Shown here: piece by piece, positions 13,708-27,042 of the stretch
Numbering within the stretch: position 1 is the stretch's first letter
How the letters are laid out: every line of letters begins with the position of its first letter
Origin: Chrysomallon squamiferum
Lineage: Eukaryota; Animalia; Mollusca
NCBI GenBank assembly: GCA_012295275.1
Contig: CM022668.1
Location: 16,182,001-16,246,000 of the forward strand
Direction: 5' to 3'
Length of the DNA: 64,000 nucleotides
Program-made: the position numbers and the translations under genes
The notes under the pieces: generated by a model
Told to the model about the DNA's origin: nothing
Database searches by the model: none
The model's input: only the letters and a program-made list of their open reading frames with translations

Positions 13708-16405
13708 CTTTTATTATTATTATTATTATTATTATTACTTTTATTATTATTATTACTTTCATTATTATTATTATTATTGTAGACTTTTCCCCTCATTTAA
13801 AATTTTAATACTAAAACATACAGAGATATTAAACAAGTATTTGTTCTGCTTTTACAATATCTAAATATTTTAATATTTAAAAAAAAATAAAAAATTAAGA
13901 TGAAGAGATAATATTTTCTAAAAGTAAAGGTTTATTATTTTTCCCAAGGACTGGTTTGGTTGTGACAACACCAGAAGAAACAATTGACTTGATAGCAGCA
14001 TCTGCTGGAGGCAAAGTATGAATTCTGAATCTGAATAAATATTTAAATACAGTTTAATAATACTGAATTTCAAAGTATGAATTCTGAATCTGAATAAATA
14101 TACAGTTTAATAATAATGAATTTCAACATATCAATTTTGAGTCTGTAACATATTTAAATTAGTCTGCAATTTAATAATAATGAATTTCAAAGTATGAATT
14201 TTAAGTCTGTATAAATATTTATATTGATATACAATTTAATAATAATGAATTTCAAAGTATGAATTTTGAATCTGTAGCCTATTTAAATTAGTCTACAGTT
14301 TAATAATAAATACATTTCAAATCACTGATGATAAGAACAATATTTAACCTAAATGAAATGTCTGTCATTGGTATACTCCTTTATTTAATTATAATTTAAA
14401 TATTTGTAATTCTGTTTTTGTTATTAATATGTGTATGTGTGTGTGTGTTTGTGTGTTAGAATAGAAATTTTGAAATGTTTTACAAAATAAAAAGTAAATG
14501 TAACAACCCTGAACTTTATTTTGCAGGCAGAATGGCTGATGGCTCTTAACTCAGCTATCAACAAAGTGTTGGCTAATCAGAAATCTTTATCCTCTCTGGA
14601 TTATCACAGCAGTCACGAGAGATTAACCCCCCCACTGATAAGACATTCCACGTACACATTTACAAAACACGGGCCCTACAGAGAGGCTACGTACACCGGT
14701 TCATGGCTCACCGGGAAGATACATGGACAGTGGGTGGTTCTTTTTATTTTAGTTAGCCAGTTTGTTGTTTATTAATTAATTAATTTATTTATTTTATTTA
14801 TTTTATTTATTTTATTTATTTTATTTATTTTGTTTATTTATTTATTTGTTTATTTTGATTATTTGTTTATTTTGTTATTTATTTATTTGTTTATTTTGTT
14901 ATTTATTTATTTTGTTATTTATTTATTATTTTTATTAATTTATTATTTTTATTAATTTATTTTTATTTTTGGCTATATTATTTTTATTAATTTATTTATT
15001 TATTTGATTAATTATTTTTTTTATTTTGTTATTAATTTATTTATTTATTTTGTTATTATTTATTTTTCAGTTAATTAATTAATTTTATTATTATTTTTTT
15101 AATTAATTAATTAATTATTTATTTACTTCTAGATTTATTGATTTACAGTTGTTCCTGAAATGATAAGAATAACTACTCACAAATAGTGCTTTAAGATTTT
15201 GACAATTAGACTGATTAAAAAAAAATCCTTGGTATCTTATTACTGAGGAATGTAACACCATTAAATAAAAGTAATGTATATTTATATAATGTAAGCTTTC
15301 TTTAAGGTAGTCATATTCTGTGTTGTATAATTAGATCTACAGTAAACTGGCATAATTTTTGTCTTTTAAATTTCCTGTAAATTAGATGTACAGTGTTTAT
15401 TTAATCTTGTATGTAAGAGCAGGAGTGAAGTTAATTGTTTGTTAGTGACATACAAGTGTTACACTATTTCTGTTTCAGTGGAGAGCTGAAATCTGAGTGG
15501 TTAGTGAAGTTAATTGTTTGTTAGTGACATACAAGTGTTACACTATTTCGTTTCAGTGGAGAGCTGAAATCTGAGTGGTTAGTGAAGTTAATTGTTTGTT
15601 AGTGACATACAAGTGTTACAATATTTCTGTTTCAGTGGAGAGCTGAAATCTGAGTGGTTAGTGAAGTTAATTGTTTGTTACTGACATACAAGTGTTACAA
15701 TATTTCTGTTTCAGTGGACAGCTGAAATCTGAGTGGTTAGTGAAGTTAATTGTTTGTTACTGACATACAAGTGTTACACTATTTCTGTTTCAGTGGAGAG
15801 CTGAAATCTGAGTGGTTAGTGAAGTTAATTGTTTGTTACTGACATACACGTGTTACACTATTTCTGTTTCAGTGGAGAGCTGAAATCTGAGTGGTTAGTG
15901 AAGTTAATTGTTTGTTACTGACATACAAGTGTTACACTATTTCTGTTTCAGTGGAGAGCTGAAATCTGAGTGGTTAGTGAAGTTAATTGTTTGTTACTGA
16001 CATACAAGTGTTACACTATTTCTGTTTCAGTGGAGAGCTGAAATCTGAGTGGTTAGTGAAGTTAATTGTTTGTTACTGACATACAAGTGTTACACTATTT
16101 CTGTTTCAGTGGAGAGCTGAAATCTGAGTGGTTAGTGAAGTTAATTGTTTGTTACTGACATACAAGTGTTACAATATTTCTGTTTCAGTGGAGAGCTGAA
16201 ATCTGAGTGGTTAGTGAAGTTAATTGTTTGTTACTGACATACAAGTGTTACAATATTTCTGTTTCAGTGGAGAGCTGAAATGGACTGATGGAAGAAAATA
16301 TGAAGGAAGATTTAAACATGGACTTCAGCATGGGTTAGATATTTTTCTTTTCAGTTTAAAAAATTGTTATTATTAATGTTATTATTATCATTGTTATTGT
16401 TATTG

Positions 16406-16470
<65 letters not shown>

Positions 16471-17090
16471 GCATTTATTATTATTATTATCATCATCATT
16501 ATTATTATTGTCATCGTCATTATTTTTGAACAGGCAGTGTCAGTGTTGTTTTTATAGAAGAAATATACCAAAGGCAGATTATGTGAAATAATATTAAACT
16601 GAAGTAAAATTGAACTGAAATAAAATCTGTTCCAAAAGTTTTATTCTTCTGTGTTTAGCTATGGGACAATGACATTACCAAAGGGAGGTAATTCAGTTGA
16701 GATTCACGAAGGCAACTGGAAGGATGGAAAACTGAATGGTCATGCATGCATCAGGTAGCAGATTCTTAGTTAATAGTATACCTTATTGTTAATATTTAAT
16801 CATTTTCTTTAATATTAAATACTGAGTGTTTTATATCAAAGTAAAACATTTTAAATGTGGTAAATGTTTTATTTGTTAGATCATCTGCTGACAGTTTATG
16901 AAAATCAAATATTTCAGAAGTGAATATTATTTATTTCTCAGTATATTTAATATTATATTTTTTATTTATTTCTAGACTTTGTATGTTTAAGACTATCACT
17001 ATGTAGACTTTCATTTTCTGTTTTAGGAATTAAGTTTAATAATAACATACTGAGCAAGGGATTTTTAAAAGTAATGTTAATAAATAAAGT

Positions 17091-17138
<48 letters not shown>

Positions 17139-19258
17139 GATACAGAGCAAGAAATAAAAACAAACTTAATAACCAAAGTTTAATTATAAATATTATGAAG
17201 GTTTAATTATAAAATATCATAAAGCTTTAATTATAAAATATGATAAAGCTTTAATTATAAAATATTATAAAGCTTTAATTATAAAATATTATAAAGGATT
17301 AATTATAAAATTCTGTAAAGCAAGTGTTTAATTGAAACATATTTCAATAAATAAAATTTAATAATAAAATTACTGAAGATGAGTATTTTTGAAAACATGA
17401 CTGAATAAAGAAATATGACGCAGGTATGCGACGGGAGACAGCTACGAAGGGTGTTTTAAGGATGGGCAGAGGTGTGGTCATGGTGTCTACAGACAGGGTC
17501 AGCACATGTCCAGCATTGCCTGCATCTACATTGGAGAATGGCAGCAGGACAAACGACACGGCTATGGGGTCCAAGATGATATTTTGAAAGGTAACAGAAC
17601 AGTCTAGTTACATCACATACGTTTGTTCAGAATAAAAGTGATGTAGGAACAGACTGTTGGTTAGTGAAACTGTTAATGGATGATACAAGATCGATTGTAC
17701 TATTTCATAATCTGATGTTAAGCTTGGGGTTGTTAAACAGGAACCATAACCTCTGATCAATAAAATTAACTTATTCTCTGGGCATTGGGTTTCTTCTCTT
17801 GTATCATCTTTAATGAAAATCATGTTTGAAATCTAATGCTAATAACTATTAATGCTGTTAAAATACAGGTGTTTAACGAGATTCCCTTTTTCATTAATTC
17901 ATCTTCCACTTACTCAGACCTCCATTCATTTATTCTTTCTTCCAACACAGAATTTACATCAAACAGCAGTCTTAAAACTTGCTGAACACCAAACAAAAAC
18001 AAATTGTTAAAAAAATCCCATTCTTTATCTGTGAGTGTTTGTACTAATGAAGTGTAGATGAACAGATACACAAAGCTGTGTGTTACAGGAGAGAAGTACA
18101 TGGGGATGTGGCAGGAAGACTGCAGACATGGTAAAGGAATTGTTGTCACTCTGGATGGGATGTACTTTGAAGGAACGTTTATACACAACAAGCTCAGTGT
18201 GAGTCTTTACTAATGTGATGTACTGGAATAGTGTTCTTACAGATGTCATTTTAATAGATACACATCATTTTTATAGATATGTGAAAATATTTTAGTAGAT
18301 GTGTGAAATATTATTTTACTAGATGTGTGAAATATCATTTTGATACAGTACTATTATCATTAAAATATTTTAATGGATCCGTAAAATGCAATTTTAATAG
18401 ATATGTTCTTAATATCTTTTATCTTCATCATCATCATCATCATCTATTATCACAATAGCATAATTTTTCAATGGTTATTAAAGATTGTTTTATTTATTTA
18501 TTTTCTTTTCTTTTTTTTTTTTTTTTTTTATTATTATTATTATTTTTTTATTTGTTTAGGGAAATGGTCTGATGCTCACAGATGACAATAGCTGCTATGA
18601 AGGAGAATTTCAGGACATAACACAGCTACAGGGAAAGGTAATTTCTGTTTTGTAATAAATATAGTTAATGAACACACAGTTATATTTAAATATGCAAAAA
18701 TGTGTATATGTCTGTGATGTGCATGTGTGTGTATATATATATATATGTATGTATGTATGTACGTACACACACACACACACACACACATCCTTACATTATA
18801 ACAGTATTTTGTTTCAGAATTTTGATTTTCTATTTTATTTTATTTTTTATTATTATTCTCAGGGTACTCTGATTCTTCCAACTGGGGACAAAATTGAGGG
18901 TTTGTTTTCAGGATCTTGGAATGAAGGTTTGAAGATAAATGGAACGTTTATAAAAAATGTGGAATCATTGGAGAGAAAATCACACCACAGTCTTGAAACA
19001 AACTCCAAGTGAGTTCTCTTTGTTTTTTCTTTTACAGCTTTTATATATATATATATATAGACAGACACACACACATATACAGATATATATATATATATAT
19101 ACACCAGGGACATGTGCTTTTGTGTTTGTAATAAATGTATTTTGTGGTTGTTGAATTTCCTATAAATCATTGAAAGTACTTGAATTTTGTAATGTTAAAA
19201 TCTACACTTGGGATTTACTGGAATAATGGGAATAATAGACTTTCAGTTAACATCAATT

Positions 19259-19305
<47 letters not shown>

Positions 19306-21534
19306 CACAGATGGTGAAAATTTATATTACAGTTGTTACATGTCCTTCAAACTAATTGAATTTTGTAATGTTAAATCCATGCATGAAATTTATTGGAATC
19401 AGTACAGTAAGTGGGTGTATGCATCTCAAAACTTCTTCATTGATTGATTTTTACTTGGATAAATCATTGTTTTCTAACAGGTTCTACAGCAGGTTGTCTG
19501 TGCCAGCTGACAAGAAGTGGGAAGACATTTTCCGCCACTGCAGTCTGTTGCTAGGATACAGTGGTCAGGGCAAGGCGGACACTGCGAAGGCTTGGGAGGC
19601 AGTGGCTGTGATGATAACAGCGGGGCGAGAGTCTCTGAAAGACTTGGCTAAAACGTAATTTTAGTCTCTTAATCTAATAATACTACTGTATAAGTGATAG
19701 AAGAGAGTCACTGAAAGACTTGGCTAAAACATAATTTTAGTCTCTTAATCTAATAATACTACTGTATAAGTGATAGAAGAGAGTCACTGAAAGACTTGGC
19801 TAAAACGTAATTTTAGTCTCTTAATCTAATAATACTACTGTATAAGTGATAGAAGAGAGTCACTGAAAGACTTGGCTAAAACATAATTTTAGTCTCTTAA
19901 TCTAATAATACTACTGTATTAGTGATAGAAGAGAGTCACTGAAAGACTTGGCTAAAACGTAATTTTAGTCTCTTAATCTAATAATACTACTGTATAAGCC
20001 ATAGAAACAGACACTGAAAGACTTGGCTAAACAAAATTTTAGTCTCTTAATCTAATAATACTACTGTATAATATAGAAGAGAGTCACTTTTAAACTTGGC
20101 TAAAACGCGTTTTTTTTTTTTTTTAATCTAATAATACTACTGTATAAGTAAAGAAGAGAGTCACTGTAAGACTTGGCTAAAACATAATTTTAGTCTCTTA
20201 ATCTAATAATACTACTGTATAAGTGATAGAAGAGAGTCACTGAAAGACTTGGCTAAAACGTAATTTTAGGGGTTTGATTTTAGGGGTTTCGGGTTGATTC
20301 TTTTCTTCTTTTTTTTAAAGAGAGTGACTGTTGACTACTCAGACTTATATGTATATACATACATACATACAGAGACATTTTATATGTACATATTTGTACA
20401 TATGAACATGTATACGTACATACACACATAGAGACAGACATACAGACAGACAGAAACAAACAGATAATGCAAATACATACATTACATATACACACAGACA
20501 TTTTAAAATTACAATTTATATTTTTTTTTTTTTTCTTTTTTTAATAAATGTTTCCAGTAAAAGTGTTACTGTTTGGTAATGTTGTTACAGATCTCCAAGC
20601 AAAGCCAGACAGCAGTCACTGAACTTAGAGAACCTGGAAGTGATTCCCCCCCACAACTCTGGTAATCTGACCATTGAGGAGTTTTCTCTCATCTCTTCTT
20701 ACTTACACAAGGTATTGTCACTTTGGTCAGTTTTCTAGATGTACACTTTTATTATTTGTATGTTTCACCCATGTTTTTATTTAATTTAGTTGTTTGTTTA
20801 TAAGATTTCTTGTTTATATGCACACAAACACACACACACAAACACAAACATACACAAACACACATCATACAGAAACACATATGGACAAATACTCTCACAC
20901 ACACAAACATACGCGCATACTAACTCAAACATGCACACACAGACAAACACAAATACAAATGGACAGAGACACACAAACAAACACAAACACACACAGAGAC
21001 TCATACAGACACACACACACACACAGACTCATACAGACACATATTCTCTCTCACACAGTCACACACACACCACACAGAGAAAAACACAGTAAACATTAAT
21101 GTCTTGTTTAGGCCTTTGACTCGTCATTTCATCCATTTGGGAAGCTGATGGACAACTTGGTGGAGGTGTTCAGAGCAGCTTACATTGGTGTGGGCGCTCA
21201 TCCACGACTTCTGTTTCATGTTTCATCAAGCTGTTGAAGAAGTCCGGTACATTTCTCTTGTAGTTTTAGTTTTATTATTTACTCTACGAAATAATCAGGT
21301 ACATTTCTCTTGTAGTTTTATTATTTATTTTTTATTTAATTTCACACTTTGTAATCATTATTATTTACTCTACAAAATAATCAGGTAGCATACATTTCTC
21401 TGGTAGTTTTATTATTTATTTTTTATTTAATTTCACATTTTGTAATCATTATTATTTACTCTACGAAATAATCAGGTAGCATACATTTCTCTGGTAGTTT
21501 TATTATTTATTTTTTATTTGTTAATTTTATTCCA

Positions 21535-21569
<35 letters not shown>

Positions 21570-23144
21570 TTATTCAATTTATAATTATTACTATTAATTT
21601 AAATTCATATTTTATAATTATTATGATCATTAATTGCTTTTTTATTAAGTATTTCCATACATATAACTGGACAATAATAAAGGAACACAAAACAAACCTG
21701 TACAGACTGAAACAACTTTCCATTCTGTAGATTACTGTTAACTGCCAGAAAGACTGAGAAGAATAAAAAAATTTTTACATACAAGATTAAAATATTTAGT
21801 GGAAAAAAAACGTATTTTGTTTATGCTGTTTTTTTTGTTTTTTGTCTTTTTAAATTAATACTCATCAAACTACTTGGGTAATTGTTCTGAAGTGTGATCA
21901 GAAAAACATTATACTGGATTTACTATGTCAAAAATAATCTATGTCTGTCTTTGTGTCTGTCACTCTGTCTGATTTTTTGATTATAAATGTTTGTTTTTTT
22001 GTGTTTTTTTTAAGACTTCTTTTTCCAGACCTTCCAGCTGGTGGTGGACCCATTCTTATCTTTCCTGCCTCGTCACAACAACAAGGAATTCCTCGAACCA
22101 CAGAAGAAGCAGAAAAATTCTTTCAGTGTCCAACTCAACAGATGGAATTCCAGGAAACCAGGTAAAGTGTTGTCTAAAATTCTCAATTTCTTGCTGTTGA
22201 ATAATGGGATTTGAGATAAATAATTCTTGCATCCAAAACAAGATAATAAAATTCTTGGAAACTGAATATTGCAAATCGTGCCATTAATGTATCACTAAAT
22301 TAATTTTGAGTGATCAGGATGAAATCAATAAATTAATGTCATTTTCATACTCTGGATATTATACCTTGCCAACAAAACAATTGTTTTTTGACAATTATTT
22401 AATTATGCAGAAACAATGGTTTATTAAATTAATGTTTTACTTTAATGTTAGCAATACTGCTTTCTAAATTCAAAGTAAATAATCATATGGAAATATAGAA
22501 GTTGTATTTCGTTCCTTTAGAAGTGATTTAACAAAACACACAATGATATCAATTCAGGTTTATAAGCTTGTTATTTATTGTCTTATTTTATTATTTGCAA
22601 AGGTTGGTTTCTAAATTGTAACAATTTGTAGAAAATTGTTTTTTTTTTTAAGAGATATACAGCTAATTTTAATTTTATTTTTATATTTTCATTTTTTTAT
22701 GAGATATTTCTTCTTTTTTTTTCATCTTTTTTTTTCATCTTTTTTGTCTTATTTTTATTTTTTTTTTTTTTTAATTTACTTTAGTGAGATTGTGACACAA
22801 GCAGCACTTCTGTACCCTTTGCTGTTACCGAAGATTTACCCGCCCCTGTTTGACCTGTACGCACTCTACAATGACAAGGAGGATGAACAGTACTGGGAAC
22901 GTATCATGAAGCTCAATCGTCAAGGTGACATCGCATTAATGGCCTACCTTGGAGTGGAACAGTAAGTAAACATTCTTTGTGTTATTTTTGTCTTTTCTTT
23001 TTTGCCATCGATTTGAGGAATATTTTGGATGAAAGTGGTGAAATATTGATAAATAGATGTAATAATAACAAACATAAAGAATAATCATTTTTAATATTTG
23101 TATAGTATTCATATTTTGAAGTATATTTATATTTATTTAAAGCT

Positions 23145-23188
<44 letters not shown>

Positions 23189-24568
23189 CTATTTATTTAT
23201 TTATGTACTTTTTTTCTTAGAAAATTCTGGCTTTTAGAGGAAGAAATGTTTTATGACAAGTCGCAGGTATTGTATTAAGATTATATTTACTATATATATA
23301 TATTTTTGCACTCTACATTATAAATACAATCTGACAAATATATATGCATACACATGCTTGCATGATTGCATCCACACACACACACACACACACAAAACCC
23401 CTCTCAAATGCATGATCTTGCCTACAAAAACAGAAAATATTTACAAAAATGACATTAATATATTTTTTTGAACATGCTAGGTAAAAAAAAAAAATCAGCC
23501 ACGTATTAATTGCAAGAATTAACCATAATACTTAATCCAATTCACAAATATCAGACAGACATACTTAATCCAGTAACTGTATAAAATGAGTAATCAGAAA
23601 TTGTTTACAATTAGTGACAACATAGTGTTTAATCCAGTAATAAAGTTAAATATGTAAACAAATTGTTATATTTGAATATTTACTCCAGCACTGATTTAAA
23701 AGTTGTAAAAAATATTTTGCTTTCAGAAATTGTCTGACATTCGGGGAGAATGTTATTCTTCAGCTGTGGACACCCTTCAGCAGATTGGGTGAGTGAAAAT
23801 CAGTTTTCTAACAACATTTTCAACTTGGTATTATTTTATAACACATTTAGTTAAAACTTTTGTTAATTATTATCTTTGAACCTTATAAATTTGAATACTG
23901 TTTTGTTTTATACTATACTTAATTAAACCTTTTACTGCTTATTATCTTTGAACCTTATAAATTTGAATACTGTTTTATTTTATACTGTACTTAATTAAAA
24001 CTTTTGCTAATTATTATCTTTGAAACTGGTAAATTTGGTAAACCACACTTTTTTTATTTCTTTTTTTTTTACAGAACTTCTTTTAGTCCCATTGACAAGT
24101 TGAATGTCCTAGAAGAAACATTTTTACAAATTACAAAGGTAGCATATATTATTAATGTGACATCTGAGTAAGATTACTGGCACTGAATTAGTCATTTAGT
24201 AGTTTTCATAGGCATCTCATATATAATTGACTAACAGCCTACTTATTTACCTGTCTGTATACATACGTGCATATATACAACATACATACATACATACAGT
24301 CGTACAGTGATGCCTACATATATACATAACTGCATACATATATCCCTCATGCCTTACGTACATTCATCCATTCCTGCCTACCTGCCTACCTGCCTATTTC
24401 TGTACCTTCTGCCCCACATGCATACATACCTAGCTACCTATCAACTTACATACACATATATAACATTACCTAAATACATACAAACATGCATTACAAATAT
24501 TACAAATACATACATACATACATATATGAGTACACACTTATTTAAATACACACACAGACACACACACA

Positions 24569-24637
<69 letters not shown>

Positions 24638-25380
24638 ATGTAAATATTACACTAACTAACTGACAGTTACACATTTTTCCAGACAGTGCAGGATTCATTA
24701 AAAGAGGACCACGTGTGGTGTTTGGACGATCTTTTCCCCATTTTCCAGTACGTCGTGGTCCGGGCACAAATTCGCCATCTTGGCGCTGAAATTCACATGA
24801 TTCACGATCTCATGGAAAACCATTTGCAGTATGGAGAACTTGGTGTCATGGCAACCACGTTAAAAGTAAATATTCATTTTAGACGTTTCACAGTGGGCAC
24901 TAATGAAAAAGCTCTAGCCTATATTAAATTTATTAGTTTTGTGAACTGTTATGTCAAAATAATTGGTATTAGAGTTTGAATTATGTTTCTTAAGTATTAC
25001 TGGATACGATGTTAAAATATTGAAATACAGTTTTGATTTCAGTTAAAATGCTTCCAGTAAAGAATCATGAGAAAAATCAACAGTTTAAATATAAATATTG
25101 TCTTTACTACTACTGTTTGTTTTAACTATCTTAAAAGTTTGCAAGATATTCTGTATTTCAAAAATATATTTTTTCACTTGTGTGACAGTATAATTTTTAT
25201 GTAAGTAATGTATTAGTGTCAGATTTCAGTGTCATATGGCAGTTTAATAAACAGTGCAGTTCATATATACAGAAATATTTTAATATCATATTCTTATTTT
25301 TATTTTTTTTTTTTTTTTTTTTTTTTTTTCCTCAGGCATGTTACTTCCAGATACAGACAGAAAAAATGTCTCTGTACTGA
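1264..25380 (+). CDS. ALS2: Alsin (ALS2; Rab5/Rac1 GEF), complete multi-exon gene, about 2,070 aa
   Basis: Phase-consistent GT-AG exons: 1264-1289, 2557-2810, 3443-4628, 4859-5640, 6124-6595, 6965-7079, 7254-7350, 7753-7827, 8254-8366, 9133-9196, 9748-9916, 10288-10370, 10712-10884, 11358-11520, 12001-12132, 12851-12982, 13501-13571, 13949-14015, 14527-14729, 16268-16333, 16659-16754, 17424-17590, 18089-18198, 18560-18637, 18863-19008, 19481-19654, 20591-20711, 21112-~21298, 22015-22161, 22785-22961, 23221-23266, 23727-23788, 24075-24138, 24683-24865, 25336-25380. Motifs in order: [10 protein letters not shown]-terminus; RCC1 repeats ([36 protein letters not shown]); DH ([11 protein letters not shown]); PH ([24 protein letters not shown]); MORN repeats ([26 protein letters not shown]); VPS9 ([23 protein letters not shown]); C-terminus [14 protein letters not shown]. 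The domain order is that of alsin. Apparent frameshifts at 3997-3998 and ~21213-21298; the first exon is the least certain. Confidence 0.95.
4930..5436 (+). repeat. Coding 30-bp minisatellite ([10 protein letters not shown]-type, 17 units) in ALS2 exon 4
   Basis: Unit gaagataaaaaagaactagatgttaaaaca with 27-bp variants; all units are in frame. Confidence 0.95.
8900..9110 (+). mobile_element. Possible degenerate SINE-like dispersed repeat fragment
   Basis: Shares short motifs with other non-coding patches (ttgggaaggt at 9012 and 26191; tgggtttc(c/t)tct at 9061 and 17786). Family identity is not established. Confidence 0.3.
12558..12845. repeat. 13-bp tandem repeat (aaatgttgtgttt), about 22 copies, ending at an ALS2 acceptor
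   Basis: Directly visible; it ends just before tttcag|GAT at 12850. Confidence 0.9.
13590..13780. repeat. (ATT)n microsatellite
   Basis: Directly visible; similar tracts at 13333-13395 and 16365-16520. Confidence 0.9.
14012..14320. repeat. Degenerate ~55-65-bp tandem repeat, about 5 copies, beginning at the ALS2 exon 18 donor
   Basis: caaa|gtatgaatt(c/t)tgaatctg...tttaataataatgaatttc recurs. Confidence 0.75.
15424..16281 (+). repeat. 79-bp tandem array (11 acceptor copies) spanning the 3' splice site of ALS2 exon 20
   Basis: tttcag ends at 15478, 15556, 15635, 15714, 15793, 15872, 15951, 16030, 16109, 16188 and 16267; each is followed by tgga(g/c)agctgaaat. Confidence 0.97.
19627..20268 (+). 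repeat. 76-bp tandem array (9 copies) spanning the 5' splice site of ALS2 exon 26
   Basis: Unit gagagtcactgaaagacttggctaaaac|(g/a)taattttagtctcttaatctaataatactactgtataagtgatagaa. Confidence 0.95.
21247..21520 (+). repeat. ~86-90-bp tandem repeat (3 copies) spanning the ALS2 exon 28 donor
   Basis: ctctac(g/a)aaataatcag|gt at ~21282-21298, ~21368-21384 and ~21458-21475. Confidence 0.85.
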
Positions 25381-27032
25381 AAACAGTTTTAACTGGATGC
25401 AGTGAAATAAACCAGAAATAAACATTACTATACTGAAACTGTGATGTTTTCATATCCTGTTGGTTGTATGTGATATTTTCCACACTCTATGTGAAACATT
25501 AAAACACATTTCACTCTCAAAGAATATGTATTTCTATATTGATATATATATCATCACAGGCAAATTATATATATATATATATAGCTATCTGTCTATAGAT
25601 ACTTCATATGTATACATATATGCAGATTTTCTTCAAAATGTCTGAGTATATAGTTTTTATTTAATAACTACCAATTAAATAATTAACCAGCAGCAAAAGA
25701 ATAAATATTATTACTATTGTTATTATTACTACAATTATTATTACCATTATTATTATTATTATTATTAATATTATTATTCATACAGAATTATGTTATATAA
25801 ACAAACGTATTTAATTATTTAAATTTATGCTAGTATACTTTAATATTTGTTACATACAAATAAATTAATATGCATTCACAAACTTGTAATAAATCTGTCA
25901 TGAAATGTAATATACAACATTTCTAAGAATAATACATCAGAAGGACAAAATAAAATTGTTACTAGTCATTTTAATTTTCATTCAGCAAAGGTCTATTTAT
26001 TATTTTGAAAGTTTTGTTTGCAATTGACAGTGTCAGTGAAAAGAAATTAGAAGTTTGTACTAGGTAGAAAATGTTATGTAATTAGGGGTTAAAGGTCAAG
26101 GTTGTAATATGATAGGTTACAGAATTTAGACATTTTCCCATTCCAAGCACTGCTCAGTAACATTAGATTGTGATATGTACTTCCCTGTCTTTGGGAAGGT
26201 ATAGAGAGAGAGTGTGTGTGTGTGTGTGTGTGTGTGCGTGCGTGCGTGTGTATGTGTGAAGAAATGTAATAAAATAAATCAATTTCTAGCTATTGATAAG
26301 AATAGATAAGACTGCTTTCTTGTATGTATCATTTCCTTTTTGGTTTACTTTTGTTTTTTACCATTCCAAGCAATAAAACACAAGTGGCATCTTATCTCTT
26401 GTAATTATGTTTTCTGTCATTTTTTATTTTATTTTATTATTATTATTTTTACTTAAATAATAAAAAATAAAAAAAAGAATAAATTATCTTTTTCTAAAAC
26501 AAATTATTATTTTTTAAATATTCTGTCAAATATACATAATTAAATCCAAAAGCTGGAACATGTATGGTATGTATTCAACTGCGTGTGTATGTGTATGCGT
26601 GTGTGTGTGTGTGAGAGAGAGAGAGACTGAGTGTATGGCATAATTTATACATCTCCAGAATAGAGATTGAACAATAAAGAAAAACAACAGAATTAAATAA
26701 ATTAGATGATAATACAAAAAAAATTGCAATAAAAGAAACATATAAATTAAATAATAGCCAAAATTATAATAATAATAATAAAAAATAATAAATAAAAGTT
26801 TTTAATTTATATTTTATTACGACATATAATTTAATGAAATTGAAATCTTGTAAATAAATAAATAACTATACAAATTATTTAACTAGTAATATTTAATGCT
26901 TGTACTTAATATATTGTGAATCAAGTTTTATTTCTATTCGGCGAAATTAGCCGAAGTGTTCCGGTAAAAATATACATAAAATGTTCAGCAAATCAAATGA
27001 CATCAGAACTGCGACTGCGTTGGCTCCATTTT

Positions 27033-27042
27033 ATGACGTCAT
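27033..27042. promoter_or_regulatory. CRE palindrome ATGACGTCAT in a CpG-richer patch upstream of paralog A (candidate promoter)
   Basis: Perfect palindrome about 1 kb upstream of the ATG; a 5'-UTR acceptor (ctcag) lies at 27995. Function is inferred only. Confidence 0.35.

Noticed and set aside
15424-16281. CRISPR-like regular array (also 19627-20268 and 61348-61824)
   Set aside because: Units are head-to-tail with no unique spacers, there are no cas genes, and the context is eukaryotic introns.
20264-20296. Telomere-like ttttagggg repeats
   Set aside because: Only two imperfect units at the end of a degraded array; not a TTAGGG tract.
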